Numbered from the stretch's first letter, positions 37,910 through 49,479 are shown. The stretch: DNA of 64,000 bases from an uncultured Bacteroidota bacterium (GCA_963700635.1 CAVOYH010000003.1:1472001-1536000); one strand, 5' to 3'. Program-made: numbers and translations. The notes: generated by a model from the letters alone, not told the origin.

Positions 37910-39177
37910 GATTGATCCCGTGTCTCTCCTGTCAACCGCCGCTGCACGATGTCGGTAAACTGCACGGCGACATCGTGGAACGGATCGATAGTGTTGATCT
38001 CGAACAGTTCGCGGATATAGCCGGAGGCTTCCTTCCAGCTATGAATCTCATTGAGACGTGCGATGATCAGGTCGTAGAAGTCACGATCCCGATCGCAGAT
38101 TGTCTGAATGAATCGTTTGCGTTGTTCCGGCGCAATGAATTCGTTGAGGTCGGGAAAGGCCCGGGTCCCGGAGACCGGCGGTTCCTGGTCTGCGGATGTT
38201 TCGTGATCCGCTTCTGCCGGCCCTGAGTGTGCTACATCCGGATCTGTCCCATCCGGCTGGACGGGCTCAGGGATGTGCTCCGGTTCGGCATTGCTCTCCG
38301 CTTCACCGGCAGGCTCGGGTTCGGAGGGATGATCCGATTCGGCCGTGCCAAACGACAGTTCTTCTTGTGCCGGCTCTGCCAGCGGGGGCGGTGGATGCTG
38401 GGCCTCGACGGGTTTGCCCGAAAGAAAGTCCTCGCTCAGACTGATCAGCTCGTGGAGGGTAAGCGCCTCGAGCTTGCGGAAATGGCAGACGCCCGTCAGA
38501 TAGCTGTGCAGTCCATGAAGCTCCTTGTCTTCGAAGAAGAGAAGGAGCGGACGGAGCGGGATGGGTCCGTCGGGGTGATCCGGTTCAAGGAGGAAGAACT
38601 CAAAGATCGGCCGCGCGAGAAGTGCCAGTTCGCGGGGCGTGTGTTCACGGACAACGGCCGAGTCGATTCTCCGGATAAGGGTGCTGACGGTCGAGCTGTC
38701 GACCTCGGTGAGATGGCGCTCGATGATCGTACGCCGGAGCAGCTGGGGCAGATAGGAGTACTCCGTGACGTACTCGAGCTTGCCGATGAGTTCCCGGGCA
38801 GAGATCACGATGGAAGTGTGGAACAGAAAGCTCCGCAGGGTCCACCGGGGGCGGCAGACATAGTTCTCCGTGAAGTGCAGGGCGTTTTCGAGATCGGGGA
38901 GAAAATCATCGCGGGTGAACACGTACGCGTCCGCCGAGTGACGCAGGAACACATCGCGGATCCGGTTGGCGAGAGGGGCTTCGTCCGCAACGCGCGAAAA
39001 CTCCGGTGTCTCGGCAAGAGTGGCTCGCAACCGATCGCGCACGCTTGCGCGCAGGTAGGCCTTGACGCCAGCGGGGACAACGGAGGCCAGCACGTCGCTC
39101 ATCGGGATCTCGCGACGGTCGGCGATCGTGTACTCAAGGAGCGTCCGAAGCATCAAATCGGAGTCTGGGTGCGCCAT
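37906..39177 (-). CDS. Hypothetical protein (helical, with acidic low-complexity linker)
   Basis: Long ORF coupled to its neighbours (overlaps the obgE start). Confidence 0.75.
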   Translation of the reverse strand: MAHPDSDLMLRTLLEYTIADRREIPMSDVLASVVPAGVKAYLRASVRDRLRATLAETPEFSRVADEAPLANRIRDVFLRHSADAYVFTRDDFLPDLENALHFTENYVCRPRWTLRSFLFHTSIVISARELIGKLEYVTEYSYLPQLLRRTIIERHLTEVDSSTVSTLIRRIDSAVVREHTPRELALLARPIFEFFLLEPDHPDGPIPLRPLLLFFEDKELHGLHSYLTGVCHFRKLEALTLHELISLSEDFLSGKPVEAQHPPPPLAEPAQEELSFGTAESDHPSEPEPAGEAESNAEPEHIPEPVQPDGTDPDVAHSGPAEADHETSADQEPPVSGTRAFPDLNEFIAPEQRKRFIQTICDRDRDFYDLIIARLNEIHSWKEASGYIRELFEINTIDPFHDVAVQFTDIVQRRLTGETRDQS

Positions 39178-39179
39178 GG

Positions 39180-42100
39180 CTATTTGGGGGTCTTGTTGAG
39201 AATGGCGTTGACGCGGTCAATTTCCTTTCGCGCCGCGGCCTTGAACGTTGGATCGATGCCGGAGCGCTCCAGAATCTGACGGTACATGGTCAGGGCCTGG
39301 TCCGGACGTCCCATCTTCTCATACGCCTGGCCACTCATGTAAAGTGAGGTTGCAGTCCAATCGATTTTCCCCTTCTTCGTGACAAGGTACGGAACTTTGA
39401 GAAAATCCAGGATCGCCTGCTGATAGTCCCCTTTCCCATAGTTCGCTTCGGCGATATAGTACCGGATTTCCCCCTCAAGATCGCTGCCGGCTTCATCCAG
39501 CAGGGCCTGCAGGTGGAGAACGGATTGGTCATAGTAGCCGAGACGTTGATAGAGAATGCCGATCTTTATCCGCTTGTCGAATGCATCGTCGCCGTTCGGA
39601 TACTGTTCAAGATACTTCCGGGTCAGCGTGAGCGCGGCATCGAAAATTCCTGCTGTCTCATAGGTCTCAATAAGATTGCTCATGGCATACGGCAGGAGGG
39701 CGGGGTCGGGTTGCGGGTTGTCGGTGACCTGCCGATAGCTCTTGGTCGCCTCGTCCCACTTTTCTGCCCGGTAGTAGATGTTTCCGAGAGCGAAATGCGC
39801 TTTTTGGGCGAAGGGGTCCGACGGGAACTCTTTCAGAAGCCGTCCGAACTGACCGATAGCTTCCTGGGGGCGGTTCGTGACCTCGTATACTTTGCCGATC
39901 CAGTACTGCGCCGCCGGAGCGGAAGGGGTGTCGTCATACTTGGATGCCACAGTCTGGAAGGACTTGAGCGCGCGCGGGTAGTCTTCCTGTCTGAAGAACA
40001 CGCTTCCCCGTTCAAGTTCAAACTGCGCAGCTTCCGGGTCGGTGTCCTTGTATGCCGCGAGGAAGGCGGGGATGTCCTTGTCGGCCCTGGTGAGTTCGTT
40101 GTTCCGGAGGGCCGCGACGATTGCGCGCATGCGGTAGAATCGCCCGGCGGCTTGGTCGTTTGCCGATGTGGCAAGAAAGAAATACTGGCGCACCGCGTCT
40201 GCGTATTCACCTGAATCGAATAGTATGTCGGCGACTTCACGGTTTGCGGCTGTCGTGGGAGATGCTGCGCCCGCCTGCCGGAAGTAAGTCGTCGCGATAT
40301 CCGGGGTGCCTTCGGACTTGTAGATCATCCCGAGTGTAGTCAGCGCTTCCGCCGCCTGGACGCCCCGTGGTTCACGCACCAGGAGGGCGGTAAGAGAACT
40401 CTTGGCGGTCCGTGTGTCGCCGGACACCGCACTTGCTTTGCCGAGTGCCAGAAGAAGTGACGTCGGCGGCTGCTGGGCGCGCGATGGGGACGCGGATGGA
40501 TCGTGCAGGAGCTCGGTGTAGAGCGCGACCGCCTGCGTTGCTTCACCGGAAGCCAGCAGGGCGTCGGCCAGACGCCGCCTGGCCTTGAGGGCGTTCTCCG
40601 TGCACGGGAACCGGGTCGTAAGCTCCTGGAAGAGCCCCACAGCACGCGCTGCGTCCCCGCGCGACTGTGCAAGTTCGCCCAGCACGGAAAGCACCGATGC
40701 GGTGTGCCGATGTGATGGGTACAGCTTCAGGTATGACGTCCCGACCGCTGCCGCAGAGTCCGCGAGTCCGCGAGCCTGCAGAAGCATACATCGGGAATAC
40801 GTGGCTTCTTCTGCAGTCTCCGAGCCGGGATTCACGCGTTCGGCCTGACTGAACGCCGACAGGGCGTCGTCGGTGCTGTCTGCATCTCTGTACAGCCTGC
40901 CCATCTGCAGGAGCATCCGATCGCGATACTCCGAAGCAGGATGACGGGCCAGGGCGTTTGCATACGCAGTCCGGGCTGCTGCCAGCGTTCCTGCCTGCAA
41001 CCGGAAGAGTGCATACGACGCCTCGGAACTCCGGCTGTCGGCGGGAAAGCGATCAAGAAAAGCCTGATAGGCCTCCGATGCCGCACCGCGGGTGTCGGGC
41101 TTGGTCCAGTTGACATACTCGAGTGCGCGGGCCCTCAGGAAGAACATCTCCGCCATGTCGCGGTCATTCCCTCCGGCGGCAATGGCGCGGGAAAACTGGT
41201 CTGCCGCGGATTCATAGTTCTTCAGATCGTGGAACGAGATCTCCCCGAGGCGGCGGGCGAGCGCCGGACGGTCTTTGTCGGCAACAACATCGCCGACCAG
41301 GAGGGCGAGTTTTTCGAGGCCTGCATCTTTGTTCTTCGCCTCAAAGGTTTCGATGACAGTCGCACGCTCTTCTGCCGCTGCGCGCAGTTCAGACGCCGGG
41401 TAGCTCCGCGAGAAATCACGGTACATTTCCAGTGCGCGGTCAACCTCATGCAGCTGATCCCGGCACCGCGCTGCGCCAAAGGCAGCATCATCTGCGAAGC
41501 GGGAGTTGGGAAAACGGACGATGAGCAGATCGAAGAGTGATCCGGCTTTGCGGTAATCCCGCATCTCCTTCTCCGTAACCCGGGCATTCTCGAAGAGGAC
41601 TGCGGGAGTCGCGGGGTCGTCCGGGAAGGAATCCGCGTACCGTGCATAGAACTGTGCGGCGAGTGCAGGTGCGCCCTGCTTCCGTGCATTGTCGGCGAGC
41701 TGAAGCAACGCCTGTTGCCGCACGTCATCAGGAGCGGACATTTTCAGAATGCGCTGGGAGGCTTCATCGGATCTCCGCAACTCACCTGTGCGGGACGCGG
41801 CGGCGGCCAGTCGGAGAAGGACGTCCGGGACCCGCGGATCCGTCGGAAAGCTTTCGACATAGCGGCGGTAGCTGGCCACGGCATTTGCCGGACTGTTTGC
41901 GGCCAGGGACGCGTCGCCCATGAGCACCAGGGCCTCTTTGCTCAGTGCACTGTCGGCCCCTTGTGGAACGGCCAGGGCCTTCTTCAGGTTCTCGATGGCT
42001 TCGGCATGTTTTCCTGTTGCCTCAAACAGGCGCGCCTGGTTCACAAGCGCTCCCTGGAGAGCTCCTGACGTTTTGTAGCGCGTGATGATTTCCTGATACC

Positions 42101-42791
42101 CTTCCTGAGCCTGATCCGCCCTCCCCATATCCTGATGGATATTCGAGAGGATGAGCAGTGCCTGAGCGCGGGCTTCTGCAGACGGATCGCCGTCGATGAC
42201 GCGCTTGAGCTCCTGCCGTGCGAGATCGAGGCTTCCTTCTTCGAAATAAATCTGTGCGAGCTGCGTGCGGGCCTCGACCACGGCACCGCTGGAAGAGTAC
42301 TCCTGGAGAATGATCCGCAGGAGCCTGCGGGCATTGTCGCGTTCACCCGCCCGCCGGAAGTATGCCGCCGCGCGCAGGAGGGCATCGGCCGCGATCTTGC
42401 TCCGGGGATGAAATACCTTGACCCGTTCGAATGCCAGGGCGGCCTCTTTGTTGTTGCCCATCGCGGCATAAGCTTCCCCGACATTCCACCACGCCTCCGG
42501 TGCCCGGGGATTGTCCTGGTAGGTGAGCGCAAACGTCTGAAATGTCAACCGCGCTTCATCATACTGCTTCAGCTGGAGCTGGGTCAATCCCAGCGTGAAT
42601 CTCGCCTCGATCCCCTGGGGCGCAGCGGGGTAGGCTGCAATGAACTGCTTCAGCTGTTCCTGGGCTAGGTCGTAAAGACGGTCATTGTAGAGATTGATGG
42701 CAAGCTTGAAATCGGCGTTTTCTTTGGTATTCTGTGCTACGCCTGCAGCTGCCCAGAATACCGTCAGGAGGGCCAGCCCCAGGCGGAGCAT
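39180..42791 (-). CDS. Large exported multi-TPR protein (CpoB/BamD-like repeats), about 1200 aa
   Basis: Signal peptide MLRLGLALLTVFWAAAGVAQ; many YPxS/FPxS-ending TPR pairs; promoter TTGCAA-17-TACGTT just upstream. Confidence 0.85.
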   Translation of the reverse strand: MLRLGLALLTVFWAAAGVAQNTKENADFKLAINLYNDRLYDLAQEQLKQFIAAYPAAPQGIEARFTLGLTQLQLKQYDEARLTFQTFALTYQDNPRAPEAWWNVGEAYAAMGNNKEAALAFERVKVFHPRSKIAADALLRAAAYFRRAGERDNARRLLRIILQEYSSSGAVVEARTQLAQIYFEEGSLDLARQELKRVIDGDPSAEARAQALLILSNIHQDMGRADQAQEGYQEIITRYKTSGALQGALVNQARLFEATGKHAEAIENLKKALAVPQGADSALSKEALVLMGDASLAANSPANAVASYRRYVESFPTDPRVPDVLLRLAAAASRTGELRRSDEASQRILKMSAPDDVRQQALLQLADNARKQGAPALAAQFYARYADSFPDDPATPAVLFENARVTEKEMRDYRKAGSLFDLLIVRFPNSRFADDAAFGAARCRDQLHEVDRALEMYRDFSRSYPASELRAAAEERATVIETFEAKNKDAGLEKLALLVGDVVADKDRPALARRLGEISFHDLKNYESAADQFSRAIAAGGNDRDMAEMFFLRARALEYVNWTKPDTRGAASEAYQAFLDRFPADSRSSEASYALFRLQAGTLAAARTAYANALARHPASEYRDRMLLQMGRLYRDADSTDDALSAFSQAERVNPGSETAEEATYSRCMLLQARGLADSAAAVGTSYLKLYPSHRHTASVLSVLGELAQSRGDAARAVGLFQELTTRFPCTENALKARRRLADALLASGEATQAVALYTELLHDPSASPSRAQQPPTSLLLALGKASAVSGDTRTAKSSLTALLVREPRGVQAAEALTTLGMIYKSEGTPDIATTYFRQAGAASPTTAANREVADILFDSGEYADAVRQYFFLATSANDQAAGRFYRMRAIVAALRNNELTRADKDIPAFLAAYKDTDPEAAQFELERGSVFFRQEDYPRALKSFQTVASKYDDTPSAPAAQYWIGKVYEVTNRPQEAIGQFGRLLKEFPSDPFAQKAHFALGNIYYRAEKWDEATKSYRQVTDNPQPDPALLPYAMSNLIETYETAGIFDAALTLTRKYLEQYPNGDDAFDKRIKIGILYQRLGYYDQSVLHLQALLDEAGSDLEGEIRYYIAEANYGKGDYQQAILDFLKVPYLVTKKGKIDWTATSLYMSGQAYEKMGRPDQALTMYRQILERSGIDPTFKAAARKEIDRVNAILNKTPK

Positions 42792-43030
42792 TATCTTGCC
42801 GTTTTCCATACCAGAGGCCATTGTCGTTTGTTGCATGCTTCGGGGGATCTCCGGGATCCGTGGTGGGATATCCCTCAAACGTACGAGAATATTCGCTGGC
42901 TTGCAAGAACGTGGGGGGGAGGGAAGCGGGTGGCAGGGTCGTGACGAAGAAAGCGGATCGATGAAAGGAGAAGCACCGGGGGAGTGGTGCACTGCCAGTC
43001 CCCCGTGCTTCCTGTACGCGTACTCTGCTG

Positions 43031-43771
43031 CTACACCACTTTCGCCCGTATGTACTCTCTGTTCAGCCGTGCGATGTGTTCGACGGAGATCTGTTTCGGG
43101 CATTCGGCTTCGCAGGCGTACGTGTTCGAGCAGGCGCCGAATCCCTCCGCATCCATCTGGGCGATCATCCGTTCGACCCGTTCCGTTCGTTCCGCGTGAC
43201 CCTGCGGGAGCAGAGCCAGTTGGGATATTTTGGCGGCCACAAACAGCATCGCGGATCCATTCGGGCAGGTCGCGACGCAGGCACCGCAGCCGATACAGGC
43301 GGCTGCATCCATGGCTTCGTCCGCCAGCTCCTTGGGAATGGGTATTGCATTGGCCTCGGGGGCCTGGCCGGTCTTTACCGAAACATATCCTCCGGCCTGC
43401 ATGATCCTGTCGAACGCGGTCCGGTCCACGACCAGGTCTTTGATGATCGGGAACGGCCGTGCCCTCCACGGTTCCACGAGGATGGGTTCGTCTTCGGGAA
43501 AGCTCCGCATGCGAAGTTCGCAGGTCGCGGTCCCGCGGTTCGGTCCGTGCGCGCGGCCGTCGATCATAAGGCCGCAGCTGCCACAGATGCCTTCGCGGCA
43601 ATCGTGGTCGAACTCGACGGGTTCTTCCCCCTGGCGGACCAGGTCCTGATTCAGAACGTCGAGCATTTCCAGAAAGGAGGCGTCGGGAGAGATGTCGCGC
43701 ACCGTGTACGTGACCAGCTTCCCCTTTGCGTTCGGGTTCTTCTGTCGCCAGATCTTCAGCGTGAAGTTCAT
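43031..43771 (-). CDS. sdhB: Succinate dehydrogenase/fumarate reductase iron-sulfur subunit
   Basis: CREGICGSC; [11 protein letters not shown]; [12 protein letters not shown]. Confidence 0.95.
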   Translation of the reverse strand: MNFTLKIWRQKNPNAKGKLVTYTVRDISPDASFLEMLDVLNQDLVRQGEEPVEFDHDCREGICGSCGLMIDGRAHGPNRGTATCELRMRSFPEDEPILVEPWRARPFPIIKDLVVDRTAFDRIMQAGGYVSVKTGQAPEANAIPIPKELADEAMDAAACIGCGACVATCPNGSAMLFVAAKISQLALLPQGHAERTERVERMIAQMDAEGFGACSNTYACEAECPKQISVEHIARLNREYIRAKVV

Positions 43772-45684
43772 TACTTGTAGCTCCTCTGGGAAGGTTTCAC
43801 GTATTCGAACTTGAGTTGTTCCTTGTGCAGTTTCGGTGCCTTGGTCTCGCCCGCATATTCCCAGGCGGCGACATAGGCGAACTTCGTATCGTTGCGTTTC
43901 GCTTCACCCTCGGCGGTCTGGTATTCTTCGCGGAAATGCCCCCCGCAGGATTCTTCGCGGTGGAGCGCGTCGCGGGCCAGCAGTTCGCCGAGTTCGAGGA
44001 AGTCGGCGATGCGCGAGGCCCGTTCGAGCTCACAGTTCAGATCGTCCGCGGTGCCGACGACGTTCACATCGCTCCAGAATTCCTTGCGGAGGGCCGCGAT
44101 GCCTGCCATCGCCTCTTTGAGGCCCTTCGTGGTGCGGCCCATGCCGACCTTGTTCCACATGATGACCCCCAGCGCCCGGTGGAAATCGTCAGGAGTCCGT
44201 TTCCCCCGGATCTCCAGGAGCCGCGTGATGGTTTCCTGGACCTCCGTCCGCACGCGCTGGAAGGGTGCATCGTCTTCACTGACAGCTTTGAATGTGCCCG
44301 AAGCGAGATAGTCGCCGATGGTGTACGGAAGGATGAAATATCCGTCGGCCAGGCCCTGCATCAGTGCGCTGGCTCCGAGCCTGTTGGCCCCGTGGTCGGA
44401 GAAGTTCGCCTCGCCGGCGACGTACAGTCCCGGAATGGTGCTCATCAGATTGTAATCGACCCACAACCCTCCCATGGTATAATGGACGGCGGGGTAGATA
44501 CGCATGGGGTTTTTATACGGGTCTTCCGCAGTGATTTCGTGGTACATGTCAAAGAGGTTACCGTATTTCTCCTCGATCCAGTGTTTGCCGTTCCGATTGA
44601 TGGCATCGGCGAAATCCAGGTACACGGCAAGGCCCGTCGACCCGACGCCGAATCCACTATCGCACATTTCCTTTGCCCGTCGCGATGCGACGTCGCGCGG
44701 TACCAGGTTGCCGAACGACGGATACATCCGTTCGAGGTAGTAGTCGCGCTCCGCCTCCGGAATATCGGCGGGGTTCCGTGTGTCTCCTTTGGTTTTCGGC
44801 ACCCAGATACGGCCGTCGTTCCGGAGGCTCTCGCTCATCAGTGTGAGCTTCGATTGATACGAGCCGCTCTGCGGAATACAGGTGGGGTGGATCTGGGTAA
44901 AGCAGGGGTTGGCGAACAGGGCGCCGCGCTTGTACGCCCGCCAGACGGCGGTTGCATTGCTGGCTTTCGCCATGGTGGAAAGATAGAACGTATTGCCATA
45001 GCCGCCCGTGGCAAGGACCACCGCATGGCCTGTATAGGTTTCGAGGGCTCCGGTGACCAGGTTTCTGGCGATGACGCCACGCGCCTGGCCGTCGACCAGC
45101 ACCAGGTCGAGCATTTCGCGGCGCGGGAAGTACTTGACTTTGCCCGTATCGATCTGTCTGCAGAGCGCAGCGTAGGCGCCGAGGAGGAGTTGTTGTCCCG
45201 TTTGTCCGCGGGCATAGAAGGTGCGCGACACCTGGGCTCCGCCGAAGGAACGGTTGTCCAGCAACCCGCCGTAATCACGGCCGAAGGGGACGCCCTGGGC
45301 GACGCACTGGTCGATGATCGTGCCGCTCACCTGGGCGAGCCGATAGACGTTGGCTTCGCGCGCGCGGTAGTCGCCCCCTTTCACGGTGTCGTAAAACAAC
45401 CGGTACACACTGTCGCCGTCGTTCGCGTAATTCTTTGGCGCATTGATGCCCCCCTGTGCGGCAATGCTGTGCGCGCGGCGCGCGGATTCATGGTAGCAGA
45501 GCGAGATGACGTTGTACCCGAGTTCGGCAAGGGAGGCTGCGGCGGATGAACCCGCCAGTCCCGTCCCGACAACCACGATCGTGTACTTCCGTTTGTTTGC
45601 TGCGTTCACCAGCTTCAGATTGAATCTGTGTGTGTCCCATTGTTTTTCGATGGGACCGGAGGGAATTTTGGCATCGACGGTCAT
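43771..45684 (-). CDS. sdhA: Succinate dehydrogenase/fumarate reductase flavoprotein
   Basis: GTGLAG; [10 protein letters not shown]; HYTMGG; HGANRLG. Confidence 0.96.
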   Translation of the reverse strand: MTVDAKIPSGPIEKQWDTHRFNLKLVNAANKRKYTIVVVGTGLAGSSAAASLAELGYNVISLCYHESARRAHSIAAQGGINAPKNYANDGDSVYRLFYDTVKGGDYRAREANVYRLAQVSGTIIDQCVAQGVPFGRDYGGLLDNRSFGGAQVSRTFYARGQTGQQLLLGAYAALCRQIDTGKVKYFPRREMLDLVLVDGQARGVIARNLVTGALETYTGHAVVLATGGYGNTFYLSTMAKASNATAVWRAYKRGALFANPCFTQIHPTCIPQSGSYQSKLTLMSESLRNDGRIWVPKTKGDTRNPADIPEAERDYYLERMYPSFGNLVPRDVASRRAKEMCDSGFGVGSTGLAVYLDFADAINRNGKHWIEEKYGNLFDMYHEITAEDPYKNPMRIYPAVHYTMGGLWVDYNLMSTIPGLYVAGEANFSDHGANRLGASALMQGLADGYFILPYTIGDYLASGTFKAVSEDDAPFQRVRTEVQETITRLLEIRGKRTPDDFHRALGVIMWNKVGMGRTTKGLKEAMAGIAALRKEFWSDVNVVGTADDLNCELERASRIADFLELGELLARDALHREESCGGHFREEYQTAEGEAKRNDTKFAYVAAWEYAGETKAPKLHKEQLKFEYVKPSQRSYK

Positions 45685-45696
45685 GATGGTGATCCC

Positions 45697-46350
45697 TTAA
45701 TGAGCCCAGAGGAAATACAGCGGTATGGCGGCGAACGCAATCGGGATAATCAGCCAGAACGCAAGGCCGACCAGCTCGATCAACCAGGTGTAGCGCGTCC
45801 GGCGGAGGCCGAATGTCTGAAACGCCGACTGAAACCCGTGGCGTAAATGATAACCCAGAAAGACAAGTGCGATGACGTACAACCCGACAGTCCACGGGTT
45901 CACGAACGCCTCTTTCACGATCTCGTACATCGTCGTTCCGTCGGGAAAGAAGCGCGAGCGGACGAAAAACGCATTGATGTGGACCACAAGGAACGCCGTG
46001 ACGGCGAGTCCAGTGACCCACATGATCCGCGAAGAAAGCTCGCTGCTCTCGGAGGACTTGATCTTCTGGTACCGGACTGGCCGGGCCCGCCGGTTCGCGA
46101 GCCATAGCCAGATCCCGACAAATGCATGGAGAAGGAACCCGGCAAAAAGAAGGATCTCAATTGGCCGGATCAACGGGTAGGTGGCCATGAACTCCGAATA
46201 GACGTCGAACGTCCCACCGTGATCATCCTTGAAAAGAAACAAGTTGATGACGAGGTGGACGATGAGGAACGAACAGAGGAAGAGCCCCGACATGGCCATG
46301 ATGAGTTTCCGGCCGACGGACGAGGTGAGGAAAGATGTTTTTGTGCTCAT
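45697..46350 (-). CDS. sdhC: Succinate dehydrogenase cytochrome b subunit
   Basis: SSVGRKLIMAMSG; heme His residues; HLRHGFQSAFQTFG. Confidence 0.92.
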   Translation of the reverse strand: MSTKTSFLTSSVGRKLIMAMSGLFLCSFLIVHLVINLFLFKDDHGGTFDVYSEFMATYPLIRPIEILLFAGFLLHAFVGIWLWLANRRARPVRYQKIKSSESSELSSRIMWVTGLAVTAFLVVHINAFFVRSRFFPDGTTMYEIVKEAFVNPWTVGLYVIALVFLGYHLRHGFQSAFQTFGLRRTRYTWLIELVGLAFWLIIPIAFAAIPLYFLWAH

Positions 46351-46496
46351 AGATGCCGCTCTCTGCAGTAGTGAATGCCAGGAACGTCGGTGAGAATGAA
46401 GAACAAGGAATGGCTTGCTGGTGTGGCGGGCGCGGAGCCCTGCGTCATCAATCTACAAAACAGGAACGATTTGTGCAACGTCCTCCGCGAACATGT

Positions 46497-47375
46497 TCAA
46501 CGTCGGGGTCCCGTCCGGATGAACCGGGCCACGGAAATGCTGCTGCCGATCATGCCCAGCAGCGCCCCCGCCGCAACCACGCCGGCGTAAAACACGGGCT
46601 CCATGCTGACGTAGGGCTTCAATTCGGGGGCGATGAACCGCAGTGCATACACCAGCATGCCGAACAGGATGCCGGCCGCGAGGATCCCCCCCAATACTCC
46701 CTGAAGTATCCCTTCGAGGAGAAACGGCAGACGGATGAAGACCCGTGTGGCGCCGACGAGTTCCATCGTCCGGATGCTCTGCCGCTTTGCCGAGATGGCC
46801 AGCCGGATGGTGTTGGAAACGAGAAAAACCGCTGAAAGGCCGACCAGAATCCCGAGCGTGAGGGTGATGTTATGCACCATGTCCGACCGCTGCTCAATCA
46901 CCTCCAGCAGGGCTTTCCGGTACATGACGCTCTCGATACGGGGGAGTGCCGCCAGGCGCTCTTCCAGGGCGCGCGCACGAACCGTAGTCCTGTACTCCTC
47001 TTTCAAGGCAATCTTCAGGGACGGTGGAAGCGGATTGAAGTCCAGCACGCTCAGGATGTCTTCTCCGAACTCTCTACGGAAAAGGGCGGCGGCCTCCTCT
47101 TTGGATACGAAGGTGACGTGTGCCACGCCTTCCAGAGCCGACACGGCTTCGGACAGACTCTCGATCTCCGGAGCAGAGATAGGCTCCTGCAGGAACGCCT
47201 CAAGTTCAACCCGGCTGCGGAGCTCATTGAGAAAGCGCGTCGCGTGGACCGAAATCACCGTGAACAGCCCGAGGAGAACCAGGGCTATACTGATGGTGAC
47301 GATGGAGAGGATGCTGGAGAGCTTCGTGCGCGTGAAGCCCGAAAGACTCTCCCGAACGGTATAGGACAGACTCAC
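46497..47375 (-). CDS. ftsX: Cell division permease FtsX
   Basis: FVSKEEA; NPLP; SNTIRLAI; MELVGATRVFIRLPFLLEG. Confidence 0.92.
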   Translation of the reverse strand: MSLSYTVRESLSGFTRTKLSSILSIVTISIALVLLGLFTVISVHATRFLNELRSRVELEAFLQEPISAPEIESLSEAVSALEGVAHVTFVSKEEAAALFRREFGEDILSVLDFNPLPPSLKIALKEEYRTTVRARALEERLAALPRIESVMYRKALLEVIEQRSDMVHNITLTLGILVGLSAVFLVSNTIRLAISAKRQSIRTMELVGATRVFIRLPFLLEGILQGVLGGILAAGILFGMLVYALRFIAPELKPYVSMEPVFYAGVVAAGALLGMIGSSISVARFIRTGPRR

Positions 47376-47387
47376 AGGTGACCGGCC

Positions 47388-47891
47388 TCAGAAATTGGAT
47401 TCATCCCGCCAGCGCGTGATGCGCCACGGGTCAGTGATCCGCGCACGGCGGAGCGTCAGATTTGCGTACCCATCCACTCTCTCAATGTCGCTCGGGTTGA
47501 ACACGAGCGTGAGGTTGAAACCGCGGACAACATTGACACTCGTGGATTCGGCAGACGAGGATATGACATTGTTCCAGATGAGATCCAGTTTCTGGGCGTT
47601 CTGAAACAAGCCGAAGGTTGTGCGCATCTCGTCGTCCCGTCCCCAGGTGACATCGATCCCAAGATCGTAATTCCGATACACGAATACGAAATCGTAGTCC
47701 AGCAGCTGTCCGTACACGGTAGTGTCGCGAAACGTATAGGCGGTCTGAAAGCACTGGAAAACGCCCTCGATGGTGCTCGGATCACAGGTCGATTGAGCCG
47801 GCGTCGAGTCCCAGCCCGGTGCAAACGGATTGATGCAGGAGAGCGACAGGCAGGCGCAGAGGCCCGGCAGGATGACGGAGGCCCTCCTCAA
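47388..47891 (-). CDS. Hypothetical lipoprotein (NTF2-like)
   Basis: Lipobox LSLSC-INPFAP; ends WRITRWRDESNF. Confidence 0.75.
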   Translation of the reverse strand: MRRASVILPGLCACLSLSCINPFAPGWDSTPAQSTCDPSTIEGVFQCFQTAYTFRDTTVYGQLLDYDFVFVYRNYDLGIDVTWGRDDEMRTTFGLFQNAQKLDLIWNNVISSSAESTSVNVVRGFNLTLVFNPSDIERVDGYANLTLRRARITDPWRITRWRDESNF

Positions 47892-48505
47892 TTGCTGAAT
47901 TTTCCCTTAAAATGACTCCATGAGATATCGGGGGTTGTGGCGAAATCAGCCCACCGCTGGACCGTCCAGAAGTTACTTGCATCGACGCTGAGAGTGAATT
48001 GCAGACGCCCCCGTGCGGTTTTCGGGAACCCCGCTTCGTTGTGTTCGAACACGAGGACATAATCGTAGGAGGAGACGATCGAATCGGCCGCGACGGTGGT
48101 TGATTGCAGGGTCAACGAGAGCGTTGCATAGGCCTTGGTGCTGCTGCGTGCGATGAGGTTCTGGAAATACGACTGCTCTTCGGCTACCGACCAGTTCGAG
48201 AATACCGGGCCGTACAGTGCCGCTGCGTCCGCCGAGGGCACAAACACGAACGGATGAGCCCCCCGGGCCTGGTCGGCGAAGCAGCTGACGTAGTTTGCGA
48301 CGTTTTTCTGCTCGATGGCGCTTTGAAAATTGGCCAAGAGAATGGAAGGGTCGGTCGGGGGACGGTAATTCAGACTCGACTGCGTTGGGTCTTCGGGATC
48401 CCGCGGTTCGAAGAGGCCGCATCCCGCAGCGCCTGTTCCCAGGAGGAGCAGGAAGACGCCGAGAATGCAGGACGCGCGGTCGGACAGACAGCGGTGCCGG
48501 TTCAT
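47888..48505 (-). CDS. Hypothetical lipoprotein (NTF2-like), probable paralog of its neighbour
   Basis: Lipobox [10 protein letters not shown]; ends [17 protein letters not shown]. Confidence 0.75.
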   Translation of the reverse strand: MNRHRCLSDRASCILGVFLLLLGTGAAGCGLFEPRDPEDPTQSSLNYRPPTDPSILLANFQSAIEQKNVANYVSCFADQARGAHPFVFVPSADAAALYGPVFSNWSVAEEQSYFQNLIARSSTKAYATLSLTLQSTTVAADSIVSSYDYVLVFEHNEAGFPKTARGRLQFTLSVDASNFWTVQRWADFATTPDISWSHFKGKFSN

Positions 48506-49098
48506 AACGAAATCCTTCCCTCGAGCGCGCGGGAGAGCGTTGCTTCATCCGTGAATTCGAGGTTCCCGCCGACCGGCAGGCCGCGGGCAAGGCGCGACAT
48601 CTTCATGCCCAGCGGCTTCAATAACCGGGTCAGATACATCGTTGTCGCTTCACCTTCAACATTCGGGTTGAGGGCAAGGATCACTTCGGCCACGCCCCCC
48701 GGCAGTCGTGCAAGAAGCTCCCTCACCTTCAGGTCGTCGGGACCGATGCCGTCGAGCGGTGAGAGTGCACCGCCGAGAACATGGTACAGGCCTTTGTACT
48801 CGTTCGTTTTTTCAAGTGCCAGAACGTCACTGGGTTCTTCCACGACGCAGAGTATCGATGTGTCCCGCTTTGAACTGGCGCAGATCGCGCAGGGGTCTCC
48901 CTCCGTGATATTGGAACAGATGGAGCAGTAGGTGATCCGGTCTTTGACCTGCACCAGGGACCGGGCCATGGTCACGACCTCTTCACGGGGCCGCTTCACT
49001 ATATAGAGGGCGAGGCGCAGGGCGGTTTTGCGCCCGATCCCGGGGAGATGGGCGAATTCCTCAATAAGTTGCTGCAGTGCTTCTGATGTGTAGAGCAT
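48502..49098 (-). CDS. recR: Recombination mediator RecR
   Basis: LPGIGRKTA; CSICSN..PCAIC zinc finger; toprim EGEATT. Confidence 0.96.
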   Translation of the reverse strand: MLYTSEALQQLIEEFAHLPGIGRKTALRLALYIVKRPREEVVTMARSLVQVKDRITYCSICSNITEGDPCAICASSKRDTSILCVVEEPSDVLALEKTNEYKGLYHVLGGALSPLDGIGPDDLKVRELLARLPGGVAEVILALNPNVEGEATTMYLTRLLKPLGMKMSRLARGLPVGGNLEFTDEATLSRALEGRISL

Positions 49099-49140
49099 CG
49101 AAGGGGGTGCTCCGGATAGGACCGGGCGCTGAACGCGCGA

Positions 49141-49479
49141 TCAGAAACCGGGCAGATTCAATCCCGGAATATTTGGGAGAAGTCCGCTCGTGACTTTCGC
49201 CATCTCTTCCTGGGAGAGTTTCTGGGATTCTTCGATGGCTTTGTTTGTTGCGGCAAGGACGAGATCTTCCAGCATCTCTTTGTCTTCAGGGTTGATGACT
49301 TCTTTCTCAATAACGAGACCGGTGATCCGCTGTTTTCCGTTGGCGGTCACTTTTACCATGCCTCCTCCCGATTCCCCGGTCACCTGTTTGTGTTCCAGTT
49401 CCTCCTGCACCTGGTTCACCTTCTCCTGCATCTTCTGGATCTGTTTCATCATCCCCGCCATGTTCGGGAGACCCGTCAT
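49141..49479 (-). CDS. ybaB: YbaB/EbfC nucleoid-associated protein
   Basis: GMMKQIQKMQ..GESGGGMVKVTANG..EMLEDLVLAA. Confidence 0.93.
   Translation of the reverse strand: MTGLPNMAGMMKQIQKMQEKVNQVQEELEHKQVTGESGGGMVKVTANGKQRITGLVIEKEVINPEDKEMLEDLVLAATNKAIEESQKLSQEEMAKVTSGLLPNIPGLNLPGF

Noticed and set aside
42792-43601. N-terminal 270 aa of the 1473-aa ORF
   Set aside because: It overlaps sdhB in another frame and is low-complexity; a promoter and a signal peptide place the real start near 42791.
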